A stretch of DNA of 64,000 nucleotides from an uncultured Porphyromonadaceae bacterium (GCA_902491625.1 CABUIO010000009.1:1412-65411); one strand, 5' to 3'. Counted from the first letter of the stretch, positions 20,086 through 30,563 are shown. Numbers and translations are program-made. Notes: generated by a model not told the origin, from the sequence alone.

Positions 20086-20727
20086 ATGACTGTCAAAGAA
20101 AGATACGAGGGCATACTCTCGGCATTCCGCCGGAATATGCCCTCGCCGCATACAGAGCTGGAGTATGACACTCCTTTCCATCTACTTCTCTCGGTGATTC
20201 TGTCGGCTCAATGCACCGACAAGAGGGTAAACATGATCTCCCCGGCGCTCTTCGCGGCATTTCCAACACCGGAAGATCTGGCGGCTGTGGAGCCTGAGGA
20301 CGTGTTCCCTTACATCAGCAGCGTGACCTTCCCCAACAACAAATCGAAGCATCTGGTCAATGCGGCGCGCAAGATCGTGGCCGATTTCGGGGGCGAACTT
20401 CCCTCCGACATCGACAAGCTGATGACGCTGCCCGGCGTCGGCCGCAAGACAGCTAACGTGATGCTCGCGGTTGTGTGGAACAAGGCGGCGATGCCTGTCG
20501 ACACCCATGTCTTCCGCGTCAGCAACCGCCTCGGACTCACCCGCGACAGCAAGACACCTCTGGAGACTGAGAAGACGCTCTGCAAGCATATTCCCCTAGA
20601 GGAACTTTCCACGGCGCACCACTGGCTGATACTCCACGGACGCTACGTCTGCAAGGCACGCAAGCCGGACTGCCTCAACTGCTATCTGCAGCAATGGTGC
20701 CAGACCTATACCTCCGCAGGCAAATGA
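20086..20727 (+). CDS. nth: Endonuclease III
   Basis: LSAQCTDKRVN, LPGVGRKTA (HhH), VDTHVFRV and C-terminal CKARKPDCLNC...C Fe-S motif. Confidence 0.95.
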   Translation: MTVKERYEGILSAFRRNMPSPHTELEYDTPFHLLLSVILSAQCTDKRVNMISPALFAAFPTPEDLAAVEPEDVFPYISSVTFPNNKSKHLVNAARKIVADFGGELPSDIDKLMTLPGVGRKTANVMLAVVWNKAAMPVDTHVFRVSNRLGLTRDSKTPLETEKTLCKHIPLEELSTAHHWLILHGRYVCKARKPDCLNCYLQQWCQTYTSAGK

Positions 20728-21010
20728 TATCTGGCGAACGAGGGGAACAATCAGAAACAATCTTTTGAGGCAGAAGATGGGAAACCATAGGTGGCGAGGG
20801 TGGAACAGGCCGGAGCGTCCAATCTCCGGGAACATGCACATCACATAAACCAAGCCCTGACAAGAGTGAAACGACCAAAAAGTGAAATATTTTGGTCGGT
20901 CCTACAGACCTCAATTTTCATCGGGGCCTCTTTCCCGGAGCTTACGCTGCCGGGCTATTGTCGTTTCAGCCTTACAGGCCTTTCACCGTGGTTCCTGATG
21001 AGAACGATTA

Positions 21011-24000
21011 TCAGGGGGCGGCGACGGCGAGCTTCTTGGCTACAACGGTTTCGCCACCTTTGCCGTCGGTCACGGTGCAGCGGTAGATATATATGCCGCG
21101 TGCCACACGTGCTCCGCCTCGGTCGGTAAGATCCCAGCGTGCCTGCATAGGTGTGGCGGGATTGCCGCTGTCGACCGCCTGAGCATCCCAGATCATACGT
21201 CCTGAGAGGTCGTAGACTCCGATATGGCAGTGCGTTCCTTCAAGCGGCAGATCGGGCGCGACGTAGAAGGTCACACCTGCGGTAGCTGGGCTGGCGTCGG
21301 TGTAGACATTGACAGAGGGCTGCATGTCGGATTTCACCTTGAAGTCGAGGGTACGCGAGGTGTTGTTGCCTGCATTATCCCAGACGGTAAACATCAGCTG
21401 ATGGTCGCCGTCGTCGAGGGTCGGAATCGTGTACTGCACTTCACCGGCGAGATAGTCGTCGGGATCGGGGGTGAACTGATCGACAAGATCCTCATAGACG
21501 CGGCGTCCGTCGACAATCAGGGTCATCTGTTTGCCGATGCCGCTGCTGCTGATGTTGATGCCGCTGTCGTCGCGAACCTTAGCAACGAAGAGCGGTGAGC
21601 TGTTGACTATGCCTCCGTCGCGGAACATGTAGCTGTTGAGTCCGATGCCGAGTATTTCCGGATCGGTCGTGTCCCTGTCTTCAGAATCCTCTGCATAGCC
21701 ATAGACATAGAACTGCGTAGTGGCGCCGTTGGCCTCGCGGAGGTCGTCGCTGTAGGCATACATGTTGAGGAGCGCCGGAGAATAGTTGTTGTCGATCTCC
21801 TCAGGAATTATGACGGTGGCTTCCCAAAGACCGCCCTTGACGGCGAAAGAACCTGTGAAGAGACGGTTCTTGCGGTCGTTATAGGTCATCACCTTACCGT
21901 CGTCCTCGCCTACACTCGGATGTCCGTAGGTAGTGATGGCGCGTTCGGCGTCGAAGACCGTAGGCACCACGCGTCCGTTGAAGTCGGCAAGCAACGCGCC
22001 ATCCGCGTCAGTCACGCGGCCTTTGACCTTCACCTTGCTGCGTGCGGTTAGCACAGGATAATCGCCGGCATCATGTATGTCGGCGAGCGCCACGCCGTCG
22101 ATCTCGTCAATAGTCACAGAGAGTTCCGGACTAACTACTTTCAGCGCAGGATCGCCCATCAGAGCGTAGCGGTGGCGGTTGTCGTCGGTCGAGGGATAGT
22201 CGTTCAGACCGCCGATATAGATGTCGCCGAGGCGGCGTGCATGACCGTTGGCGTCGCGGCGGAAGAAATTCTTGCCGATAGCCTCGTTGAACATTCCGTT
22301 CTGAGTGATGTAGACCTTGCGGTTGGCGGCGATAAATGCGATCGTGCCCCCCTTGTTGTTGAGCCACATGATCTCGGCGGCAGAGATGTTGTCGCCGTCG
22401 AAACGCATGAACTCACAAGTGGCAGCCAGCATGATCGGCAGCCTCTTGTTGGTCATGGATGTGACGTCGGTGTATGTGAGCAGATTCTCATGGGTCAGCG
22501 ATGTGGGGTTGCCGTGGCCGATGAAGTCGATGAAGCCCACGCCGTCGTTGAGGATCTTGAACATGCGCTTGCGGGCGTCGGGATATGACTTCGAGGTCGA
22601 GGCGGTGCCGAGCGGATACGAGTCGAGATAGAGGCGTTCGTACATGAAATTCTCTCCGTTGCCCTGTCCCTCCATAGCGGTGATGACCTTCTGAGCCTGA
22701 CGGAGATGGTCGCCGCCGTCAGCGTCGTCGGCTATCACCATCACCTGGTTGCGCCAGCTGCCGAGGTCGGAGCTTTCAACGTAGTTGATAAGCTTGTCGA
22801 CTGCCTGTGTAGCCTCTGAAGCGTTTTTCACAGGCATACGCCCCACGGCCACACGCACCTTGGCAGTGCCCATGGCGAGACGCTCGCAGTCGTCGAGCAT
22901 ACCGATGAAATTGTCGGAACAGAAAGAGGATGTCTCGCTGCTGCTGTTGACCGACTGCCAGATCGGAAGCCGGGGATAGCCGGCATTCTTCACCGTGGCG
23001 GTAAGCTGCCGGTTGTCGTAGGTGGCACGTCCCATCAGCAGACAATATTTTATCTTTTCAGGATCGCGGTCATACCACATTTTCAGAAGTTTACGAAATG
23101 CGCTCGCGTCGGGGCTGCCCGACGAGAACTCGTTGTAAACATCCTCAGGCTTCAGCACGACCACATCCATGCCGTCGTCGTCGCTGTGCCTCTGCGCGAT
23201 ACGTAGCGCCTGATTCTGAAACTGTTCGGGAGAGATTATGACCATATCGGGTGTTTCAAGCGCGTGAAGATCCTGATTGCGCACCTGCACGGAGCCGGAG
23301 ACCTCATCGGTCACTCCGGCGGGAGTGAATGCTATGTATTTGCGCGCGCCGGGAAAGGCGTTGAATTGCAGGGAGCCGTCGCTGCCGGGCGTCACGTTGA
23401 TGCGTCGCGGAGCAGCCGCGTCGGTCACGTCCCAGAGCTGCGTCGTGGCGTCGCCACCGGTGATGCGCAGCGTCTCGCCGCTGTTGCGCGAAGCATAGGA
23501 AAACGCAATCTCGTCGTTGGCGAAATGGAGCGAACGCGTGTATGTCACCTTTATAAAGTCCAGACGCGACATGTAGACCACCTGAGCGCCGGAGGGGGTG
23601 TAAGCAATCTCAATATCGAGTTTCTCGGAATTATCAAGGGGTGTGATCGTAGTCTTCAGGGAGTCGAGGACACTGTGCACCTCGCTGTAGCTTCCTCTCA
23701 GTCCGCTGATATTCACGTCGCCGGCATGTGCTCCGTTGGCTGTGACAGAATAGACATTGGTGCCTCCGGCACTTTTGGCGGCCATCCTCACTGTAAGTTC
23801 CACCGGCGTCTCGGCCTTGCGCCCCGGCATTTCAAGACTGAAATTCTGCTTGGTAACGGAGCGGAAATCCTCACCGAGGAGAATACGTCCCGAGGGGCCT
23901 GCGGCCTCAAGCTCGCGCTCATGAACGACCATGACAGGCACGGCGTCAATGATGTCGCCGGAAACCGTGCCGGAAGGCTCAATGGCTTCCGGCGTCGTCT

Positions 24001-24463
24001 TATCGGTCTCTCTGTCGGAAAGATAGTAATAGCTCGCCGTGCTGAAATAGTTCTGTTCGTGAGAGAGTTGCCCTTTATCGTCGATATATTCGGCCACAGT
24101 GCCGACACCATAGAACACGATTCCGCCGTCCGAGAGCCTCACGACCGGCTGCATGGGCAGGTCGTCGGGCTGCGCGGCGGTGAGCGCCGAGCTGATGATG
24201 TTGCCGCCGTAGCCGTAGACATTGACCTTGGAGGCATCCTTGAAGCCCATGCTCTTGAGCTGCGAGGCTGAGACACGATGCATTCCGGTGCCGGAGACAC
24301 GCACCTTCACCCAGCGGCCTGACGACAGAGCCGACGACGAAGCATAGTGCGAGCGGTCAAGAGCGACGGAAGAAGCGACACACACGACTGCGAGAGCCAC
24401 GGCCATGACAACCGGCCGTAACGCTGCGGAGAAATTATATTGTAGACTTTTGATTGATCTCAT
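21011..24463 (-). CDS. porU: Type IX secretion sortase PorU (C25 peptidase)
   Basis: SALSSGRWVKVRV, YNEFSSG, VGRMPV, ADDAD, IGHG and ATCEFMRFD dyad, LMGDPAL, VWDNAGN and a CTD tail. Confidence 0.88.
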   Translation of the reverse strand: MRSIKSLQYNFSAALRPVVMAVALAVVCVASSVALDRSHYASSSALSSGRWVKVRVSGTGMHRVSASQLKSMGFKDASKVNVYGYGGNIISSALTAAQPDDLPMQPVVRLSDGGIVFYGVGTVAEYIDDKGQLSHEQNYFSTASYYYLSDRETDKTTPEAIEPSGTVSGDIIDAVPVMVVHERELEAAGPSGRILLGEDFRSVTKQNFSLEMPGRKAETPVELTVRMAAKSAGGTNVYSVTANGAHAGDVNISGLRGSYSEVHSVLDSLKTTITPLDNSEKLDIEIAYTPSGAQVVYMSRLDFIKVTYTRSLHFANDEIAFSYASRNSGETLRITGGDATTQLWDVTDAAAPRRINVTPGSDGSLQFNAFPGARKYIAFTPAGVTDEVSGSVQVRNQDLHALETPDMVIISPEQFQNQALRIAQRHSDDDGMDVVVLKPEDVYNEFSSGSPDASAFRKLLKMWYDRDPEKIKYCLLMGRATYDNRQLTATVKNAGYPRLPIWQSVNSSSETSSFCSDNFIGMLDDCERLAMGTAKVRVAVGRMPVKNASEATQAVDKLINYVESSDLGSWRNQVMVIADDADGGDHLRQAQKVITAMEGQGNGENFMYERLYLDSYPLGTASTSKSYPDARKRMFKILNDGVGFIDFIGHGNPTSLTHENLLTYTDVTSMTNKRLPIMLAATCEFMRFDGDNISAAEIMWLNNKGGTIAFIAANRKVYITQNGMFNEAIGKNFFRRDANGHARRLGDIYIGGLNDYPSTDDNRHRYALMGDPALKVVSPELSVTIDEIDGVALADIHDAGDYPVLTARSKVKVKGRVTDADGALLADFNGRVVPTVFDAERAITTYGHPSVGEDDGKVMTYNDRKNRLFTGSFAVKGGLWEATVIIPEEIDNNYSPALLNMYAYSDDLREANGATTQFYVYGYAEDSEDRDTTDPEILGIGLNSYMFRDGGIVNSSPLFVAKVRDDSGINISSSGIGKQMTLIVDGRRVYEDLVDQFTPDPDDYLAGEVQYTIPTLDDGDHQLMFTVWDNAGNNTSRTLDFKVKSDMQPSVNVYTDASPATAGVTFYVAPDLPLEGTHCHIGVYDLSGRMIWDAQAVDSGNPATPMQARWDLTDRGGARVARGIYIYRCTVTDGKGGETVVAKKLAVAAP

Positions 24464-24625
24464 AGCTGGACTGCAAAGATAGTCTTTGCCTTTAATAAAA
24501 ACGAATCAATTCCTCTAATTATTGTTAATCTGCCCCAGCGCGGATGGAGAATGTTGAAAAAACAGACACACAGCATTATCCGTGTCCGATTTTTTTGCTA
24601 TCTTCGCGAACAAATCGCATCTGCA

Positions 24626-25672
24626 ATGGAAAAGAAGGAATATTACATCGCTGACAACAATATGCAGAAGGGTCCGTTCTCGCTCGAAGAACTCGGAGAG
24701 CAGGGGCTCGAACGCACCACCCGCGTCTATCGCCGCGGCTTCGAAAGTTTCATGAACGCCGAGGATGTCAAGGAGATAAAGGACTATTATTTCTCCGGCA
24801 GACGCCCTGTGCCAAAGCCGATCCCGAAACCTGTGCCCGATGAATCGACCGTGGTAGCCGCCGGTCCCGCCGACATGGACGCCGTGCGCGAGGCCGCGCG
24901 CCGCGAGCGTATGCTCCGCGAACAGTCGGAACGCCATAAGCGCGAGACCGCGAACGTACAGCCCGCTACACCGGCCGCTGTGCCTCCCCCTCCTGTCGGG
25001 GCTACGGTCGTCGAAGAGGTCGTCGAAGCCAAGGAGTGGTATCTGCGCAACGACGGAGCGCAGTCAGGTCCTCTCACACTCACAGAACTGAAAGGATGCA
25101 CACTGCTGCCGCAGACCATCGTATGGCGTGCCGGAATGGCCGACTGGGTGGAAGCTCCCCTCGTGCCAGAGATCGCGCCTTTCGTGGCGCCCGCGCCCTT
25201 CACACCCGCACCGGTTCCCGCGCCGATGCCCGCACAGACTGTCACCACTCCGCCACCGCTCTCGACGCCGATGGAAAGTCCCGCGGTAGCCGACACTTCC
25301 GCGCGCGACGCACACATCTATGGCAATCCTTCCGGTATGCCGATTTTCGGACTTCTCCTATCGCTGCTCTTCATCTTCTTCATCATAGTAATGTATTTCG
25401 GCACCGATTTCAGCTACAAGATGAGCTTCATGGGCGGATTCTACGAATATCCGGCCGTGATGTGCGGCGGAGGCATCCTTATGTCGCTGATATTCGGCAT
25501 CTCGGGTCTTGTCAACGCAAGCTCGGCAAAGCGCCTGTATTTCAAGGATCAGATCCCCAAGGCGTGCAAGAAAAGCGGCACGGCCACGGCCTACGGCTGG
25601 GCGGCGGTGCTCTTTGCCACGTTCGGAATCATCTCAGGCCTTCTCACACTCTCCTTCCTTGGAGAAATCTGA
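24626..25672 (+). CDS. Membrane protein with two GYF_2 (DUF4339) domains and C-terminal TM helices
   Basis: YY...QKGPFSLEEL and WY...QSGPLT...VWRAGMADWVEA repeats, Pro-rich linker, three TM segments. Confidence 0.7.
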   Translation: MEKKEYYIADNNMQKGPFSLEELGEQGLERTTRVYRRGFESFMNAEDVKEIKDYYFSGRRPVPKPIPKPVPDESTVVAAGPADMDAVREAARRERMLREQSERHKRETANVQPATPAAVPPPPVGATVVEEVVEAKEWYLRNDGAQSGPLTLTELKGCTLLPQTIVWRAGMADWVEAPLVPEIAPFVAPAPFTPAPVPAPMPAQTVTTPPPLSTPMESPAVADTSARDAHIYGNPSGMPIFGLLLSLLFIFFIIVMYFGTDFSYKMSFMGGFYEYPAVMCGGGILMSLIFGISGLVNASSAKRLYFKDQIPKACKKSGTATAYGWAAVLFATFGIISGLLTLSFLGEI

Positions 25673-25683
25673 CATTTACCGAA

Positions 25684-26628
25684 ATGAAAAGGATCCTCAC
25701 CATTCTGCTCCTGTTTGCGGCAGCAGTCTCTGCGGCTGCACTCGAACCTTACGCAGTCGTCACCGTGCCGGTGGCCAATCTGCGCGAGGAACCGCGCCAC
25801 GGCGCCGAGCTTATGTCGCAGGGCGTCATGGGCACTCCCATGACGGTAAGATCCCGCACCGGCGAATGGCTCGCGGTCACTCTCCCCGACGGCTACGACG
25901 GCTACATGATCGCCAATTCCGTAGCGCTGATGGATTCCGCGGCGTTCGACCGCTGGCGCACTTCCCCACGCGCTTGCATCGATGTCCGCGACACCGGGAT
26001 GCGCCTCTCCCCTTCCGCTGACGCGCCGGTGGTCTCTCCCCTCCAGCTCGATGACATCGTGGCCGTAAGCGACACTGTCGAGGGCGGCAAGTGGCTTCAT
26101 GTCGCGCTCCCCGACGGCCGCGAGGGCTATCTTCCCTCTGCCGACGCCGGAGAGTTCCGACCCTTCGGCTCCGGCGCTCCGGCCGACGTCCGCGCCGCCT
26201 CCATCATACGCCGCGGCAAGGAGATCTTAGGGCAGGAATACCTCTGGGGCGGAACCTCTATAAAAGGCAACGACTGTAGCGGATTCACGCGCGTACTATT
26301 CCAGTCCGAGGGCACATATCTGCCGCGCGACGCATGGCAGCAGGCGCTCGCCGGAGAAGCCGTGACAGCCGACGCGCTCATTCCAGGCGACCTCGTGTTC
26401 TTCTCCAACGCCAAGGGAAGGGTCAACCATGTCGGCATCTACATCGGCGACGGACTGATGATGCACTGCTCCGGCAGAGTGCGCATCGACCGCCTCTTCG
26501 GCGACGATTCCGACGGCTTCCCGCGCTATCCCGGCCGGCCGTCGGCCTTCCGGCGCGTGCTCTCAGGTGCGCCGCTTGAAAGCGACACGAAGGCCAACAC
26601 ACTCTATTTCACGAATTTCAGTAAATGA
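25684..26628 (+). CDS. SH3 + NlpC/P60 (C40) cell-wall peptidase
   Basis: Signal peptide, SH3b-like domains, YLWGGTSIKGNDCSGF, LPRDAWQQ, PGDLVFF and HVGIYIG motifs. Confidence 0.9.
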   Translation: MKRILTILLLFAAAVSAAALEPYAVVTVPVANLREEPRHGAELMSQGVMGTPMTVRSRTGEWLAVTLPDGYDGYMIANSVALMDSAAFDRWRTSPRACIDVRDTGMRLSPSADAPVVSPLQLDDIVAVSDTVEGGKWLHVALPDGREGYLPSADAGEFRPFGSGAPADVRAASIIRRGKEILGQEYLWGGTSIKGNDCSGFTRVLFQSEGTYLPRDAWQQALAGEAVTADALIPGDLVFFSNAKGRVNHVGIYIGDGLMMHCSGRVRIDRLFGDDSDGFPRYPGRPSAFRRVLSGAPLESDTKANTLYFTNFSK

Positions 26629-27179
26629 GATATTTTGCAATGATCGACGGAAAACAGGCAGGGCCTTTCCGTCTTGAAGATATGCCGGCGGCCGGAATCA
26701 CCCCCGACACCTACGTCTGGGCGAAGGATATGGACGACTGGAAACAGGCGCGCGAAGTCGGCGACATCTGTCGTTTCTTCCGCAACCGTCTCTATGACAA
26801 CGCCCATCCGTCGGCGACGCCTATGATCGTGGCCGAGCCGGTGCAGGAAGACTATCCGATGGATGATGTTCCCATGCGTTTCCGCCGACAGATTGAGAAA
26901 GCGGATCCCGACGACGTGGATTTCGCAAGTTTCTCGCAGAAGCCCGACCTCACGCGGCAACCCTCGACATGGTGGCCCTTCCCGATGTTTTTCTCCCTCT
27001 TTTTCTTCCTGCCGCTTGGCATCCTCGCCATATCGCAGGCCTTCAAGTCGCGCAAGGCATGGAAGGAGGGCAACCCCGAGGCCGCATACGAATATGCCCG
27101 CCGCGGCAAGATGGCGGCAGGCATGAGCTTTTCTTTCGGCCTGATCGTGATCGCGGCCTTTATTCCGTTATTATTTTGA
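26625..27179 (+). CDS. GYF_2 (DUF4339) + CD225/dispanin-like membrane protein
   Basis: YFAMIDGKQAGPF...PDTYVW..MDDWKQA at the N-terminus; FFLPLGILAI..A...AW..G..EAAYEYAR at the C-terminus. Confidence 0.75.
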   Translation: MRYFAMIDGKQAGPFRLEDMPAAGITPDTYVWAKDMDDWKQAREVGDICRFFRNRLYDNAHPSATPMIVAEPVQEDYPMDDVPMRFRRQIEKADPDDVDFASFSQKPDLTRQPSTWWPFPMFFSLFFFLPLGILAISQAFKSRKAWKEGNPEAAYEYARRGKMAAGMSFSFGLIVIAAFIPLLF

Positions 27180-27182
27180 TTT

Positions 27183-28397
27183 TCAGAACATCCGCACCAC
27201 ACGTTTGAGGGCGTCGACGAAGATGTCGCACTCCTCCATGGTGTTGTAGGCGGCAAACGACGCCCTGACGGTGCCGAGGATACCAAGACGCTCCATCAAG
27301 GGCTGAGCGCAGTGATGGCCTGTGCGCACGGCAACGCCGAGCTTGTCGAGCAGCATTCCGACGTCGTAGGGATGCACGTCGCGGTAGAGGAAACTGAGCA
27401 CCGGCGCTTTCCCGGGCGCGGTGCCGAAAAGCCTGATACCTTCGATCTCCTCGGACATGCGGCTCACGGTGTGATGCAGCAACGCCTCGGTGTGGCTCTC
27501 TATGGCGTCCATTCCGGTCTCGGCGATGAAGTCGAGAGCTTTAGGAAACGCGGCGATATCGACGAAATCCGGCGTTCCGGCCTCAAACTTGAAGGGGAGG
27601 TCGGCAAAAGTCGTTCCATCGAACGAGACATGCTTTATCATCTCGCCTCCACCCTGATACGGCGGCATCTTCTCCAGCAGCGCCTCGCGGCCGTAGAGCA
27701 CGCCGACGCCGGTTGGACCGTACATCTTGTGGGAGGAGAAAGCATAGAAATCGCAGTCTATGTCGGCGACATCGACGCCGAGATGCGCCACGGCCTGGGC
27801 GCCGTCGACAAGTACCGGGACACCGTGGTCATGAGCTATGGAGGTCATCTCCTTCACCGGATTGACAGTGCCGAGCACGTTGCTGACATGGCAGAACGCG
27901 GCCATGGCGGTGCGCTCGTTGAAAAGACTGCGGTAGCTGTCGAGATCGAGCGATCCGTCGTCCTTGATGTCGGCCACCCGGATCTTCATTCCCCGGCGTG
28001 CGGCAAGGAGCTGCCACGGCACGATGTTGGCGTGATGCTCCATGGCGGTGAGTATGATCTCGCCACCCTCCGGCATCAGCTGGCCGTAGGAGGAGGCCAC
28101 GAGGTTGATGGCCTCGGTGGTGCCACGCGTGAAGATCACCTCGCGGTCAGACGCGGCATTGATATATCGTGCCAGACGGCGGCGCGTCAGCTCCATCTGC
28201 TCGGTGGCTTCCTGCGAGAGCGTGTGCACGCCGCGGTGGACGTTGGCCTTGTGGTGCTCGTAGCTGTCCACGATCGCGTCAACGACGGCGGCCGGCGTCT
28301 GCGACGTAGCGGCGTTGTCAAGATAGACAAGTCGACGCCCTTCGACCTGACGGTCAAGTATCGGAAACTGCGAGCGTATTTTCTCTACATCATACAT
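27183..28397 (-). CDS. sufS: Cysteine desulfurase SufS
   Basis: YLDNAAT, EHHANIVPW, SHKMYGPTG, FEAGTP and VRTGHHCA motifs. Confidence 0.95.
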   Translation of the reverse strand: MYDVEKIRSQFPILDRQVEGRRLVYLDNAATSQTPAAVVDAIVDSYEHHKANVHRGVHTLSQEATEQMELTRRRLARYINAASDREVIFTRGTTEAINLVASSYGQLMPEGGEIILTAMEHHANIVPWQLLAARRGMKIRVADIKDDGSLDLDSYRSLFNERTAMAAFCHVSNVLGTVNPVKEMTSIAHDHGVPVLVDGAQAVAHLGVDVADIDCDFYAFSSHKMYGPTGVGVLYGREALLEKMPPYQGGGEMIKHVSFDGTTFADLPFKFEAGTPDFVDIAAFPKALDFIAETGMDAIESHTEALLHHTVSRMSEEIEGIRLFGTAPGKAPVLSFLYRDVHPYDVGMLLDKLGVAVRTGHHCAQPLMERLGILGTVRASFAAYNTMEECDIFVDALKRVVRMF

Positions 28398-28404
28398 ATT
28401 TAAT

Positions 28405-29757
28405 TTAACAAAGCTCTAAGTTCTGGCAGGCAGCGCAGTCAGCCGTCATCTCGGCTGACGAGAAACGCATCTCGACAAGGTGCGTCAGGCGGTCGCGCAG
28501 AGGCTCCAGACGCACACCCTTGATGACGTCGGCCATGAATGCCTGTTTGAGAAGTTTCTCGGCAAGTTCCCGGGTGAGGCCGCGGGTCTGCATATAGAAA
28601 ATCTCCTTTTCGTCAAACTGACCGATCGCGGTGCCGTGGCTGCACTTCACGTCGTCGTTGTAGATCTCAAGCTGAGGCTTGGAGAACATGCGCGCCCGAT
28701 CGCTGCCAACGACATTGCGGTTGGCCTGATAAGCCTCGGTCTTCACGGCGCCGGGAGCCACGTAGATGCGTCCGCAGAACGCGCCGCGGGCGTCGCCGTC
28801 GACGATGTATTTGAACAGTTCGTTGCTGTGGCAGCGAGGCTTGAGATGGCGGATGAGGCTGTAGGTGTCCAGACGGCGGTCGGCGTCTTCGACACCCATG
28901 CCCAAAAGCTGCAGACCGCAATCCTCGCCGTTCATGCTCACGTAGTATTCGTTGCGTGTCGTTCCGTTGTTGAGCGTGATGCCGTCAACGAGCAGATCGG
29001 CGCCCTCCTCCATCGAGGCGTAGAGCGACCACAGACGCGTGGTGCGAGGCGACGATTCCTCAAGGTCGTAGTAGTCCAGACGCGAGCGGCGACCGCAGAC
29101 AAGCTCTACGGTAGTAAGGGCGAGATAGTCCTTCTCGCGGTTCTGCGTGTGATCGCATACGAGCACCTTCGCCTCTGCATCCTCGCCGAGCACCACGAGG
29201 ATGCGCCTCGGAGCCATCAGAGGCATCTCGCTCTGCAATATGTTGACAAGCTGCAGGGGCTTCTCAACCTTAACGCCGTCGGGCACGTAGAGCACGAAGC
29301 CGTCCTGCGCCAGCATAGTGTTGAGCGCCACGAGCGGATTGTGCATTTCAGCCACGCTGCCGTAGTAGCGGCCAAGTTCCGGACGCGAGCGCAACACCTC
29401 GCGCAACGATCCGCAGACCACACCCTCGGGCAGCTGCCGCGCGGCGATGTCCGTAGCGGCGAAGCCGTCGTTAAGCAGAAAATAGAGCGCTGTGGTCATG
29501 TTCGGAACACGGCACGAAAAGCTCTCCGCCGGATTGACCGGCATCGCCACACGTCCGGGATTGAGCGCATAGTCGGGCGCAAGGAGCGCGCCAAGGTCGG
29601 TATGCTCGTAGTTCTCGGATCCGGCGGCGGGGAGCTTTGCATCTTTAAGCAGCGCACACGCTTTCGGACGCAATTCGTTCATCGCCGGCGCCGAGCCGCG
29701 GTCGAACGTCTCGCGGTGGCTCTCGTATAAGTCGATGTATTGTTGAAGCGGATTCAT
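28405..29757 (-). CDS. sufD: Fe-S cluster assembly protein SufD
   Basis: KPQLEIYNDDVKCSHG and FYMQTRG motifs; lies between sufC and sufS. Confidence 0.92.
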   Translation of the reverse strand: MNPLQQYIDLYESHRETFDRGSAPAMNELRPKACALLKDAKLPAAGSENYEHTDLGALLAPDYALNPGRVAMPVNPAESFSCRVPNMTTALYFLLNDGFAATDIAARQLPEGVVCGSLREVLRSRPELGRYYGSVAEMHNPLVALNTMLAQDGFVLYVPDGVKVEKPLQLVNILQSEMPLMAPRRILVVLGEDAEAKVLVCDHTQNREKDYLALTTVELVCGRRSRLDYYDLEESSPRTTRLWSLYASMEEGADLLVDGITLNNGTTRNEYYVSMNGEDCGLQLLGMGVEDADRRLDTYSLIRHLKPRCHSNELFKYIVDGDARGAFCGRIYVAPGAVKTEAYQANRNVVGSDRARMFSKPQLEIYNDDVKCSHGTAIGQFDEKEIFYMQTRGLTRELAEKLLKQAFMADVIKGVRLEPLRDRLTHLVEMRFSSAEMTADCAACQNLELC

Positions 29758-30500
29758 AAGCCCTCCTTAATCCAATCGTAGCCGCGCTCCTCAAGCTCCA
29801 AGGCAAGCTCCGGACCCGCGGTGCGCACGATACGTCCCTTATAGAGGATATGCACGATGTCGGGCTTGATGTAGTCCAAAAGGCGCTGATAGTGGGTGAT
29901 CACGATGGTGGCGTTATTGTCGCTCTTGAGCTTGTTGACACCCTCGGCCACTATGCGCAGGGCGTCGATGTCGAGTCCGGAGTCTGTCTCGTCGAGTATC
30001 GACAGGCGAGGCTCCAGCATCGCCATCTGGAAAATCTCGTTGCGCTTCTTCTCGCCACCGGAAAAGCCCTCGTTGACGGAACGCGACGCAAGCTTGTTGT
30101 CAAGCTCCACTACGGCACGTTTCTCACGCATCAGACGCAGGAAATCGGTGGCGCTCATCGGAGGTTCGCCGAGGTATTTACGCTTCTCGTTGATGGCCGC
30201 GCGCATGAAATTGACCATCGACACTCCCGGAATCTCCACCGGATACTGGAAACCGAGGAACAGTCCCTCGTGGCTGCGCGTCTCCGGAGCCATCGAGAGA
30301 AGATCCTTACCGTAGAAACTCACGCTGCCGCCGGTCACGGTATACGCCGGATTGCCGGCAAGCACCATAGACAGTGTGCTCTTGCCGGAGCCGTTGGGAC
30401 CCATGATGGCGTGTACCTCGCCGGGATTCACCTCTAAGTTAATGCCGCGCAGAATCTCCTTGCCGCCTATCTCGGCATGTAAATCGTTTATCTTTAACAT
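29754..30500 (-). CDS. sufC: Fe-S cluster assembly ATPase SufC
   Basis: GPNGSGKST, FQYPVEIPGV, GFSGGEKKRNE and LDETDSGLDID motifs. Confidence 0.97.
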   Translation of the reverse strand: MLKINDLHAEIGGKEILRGINLEVNPGEVHAIMGPNGSGKSTLSMVLAGNPAYTVTGGSVSFYGKDLLSMAPETRSHEGLFLGFQYPVEIPGVSMVNFMRAAINEKRKYLGEPPMSATDFLRLMREKRAVVELDNKLASRSVNEGFSGGEKKRNEIFQMAMLEPRLSILDETDSGLDIDALRIVAEGVNKLKSDNNATIVITHYQRLLDYIKPDIVHILYKGRIVRTAGPELALELEERGYDWIKEGL

Positions 30501-30563
30501 CTTGTCGTGTATCTCGTCTATTGTTTGCGCAATAGCGCGTCTATTTCTAAAAACGTATCAGGC

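Noticed and set aside
20850..21005. Hammerhead-like fragments (GAAAC-stem-GTC, CTGATGAG) in the nth/porU intergenic region
   Set aside because: Stems I and II cannot be formed around the core in any permutation. It is probably just a hairpin between convergent genes.
25036..25683. N-terminal extensions in the ORF track (also 8029, 12693, 19921, 41388, 59518, 63917 starts)
   Set aside because: They overlap upstream genes or promoter regions. Downstream ATGs give proper signal peptides or family N-termini.
27312..29730. Long antisense ORFs (363 and 416 aa) over sufS/sufD, and similar ones over prfB, porU, carB and 55530-56921
   Set aside because: Shadow frames expected from GC-rich third codon positions; they have no motifs and lie opposite well-supported genes.
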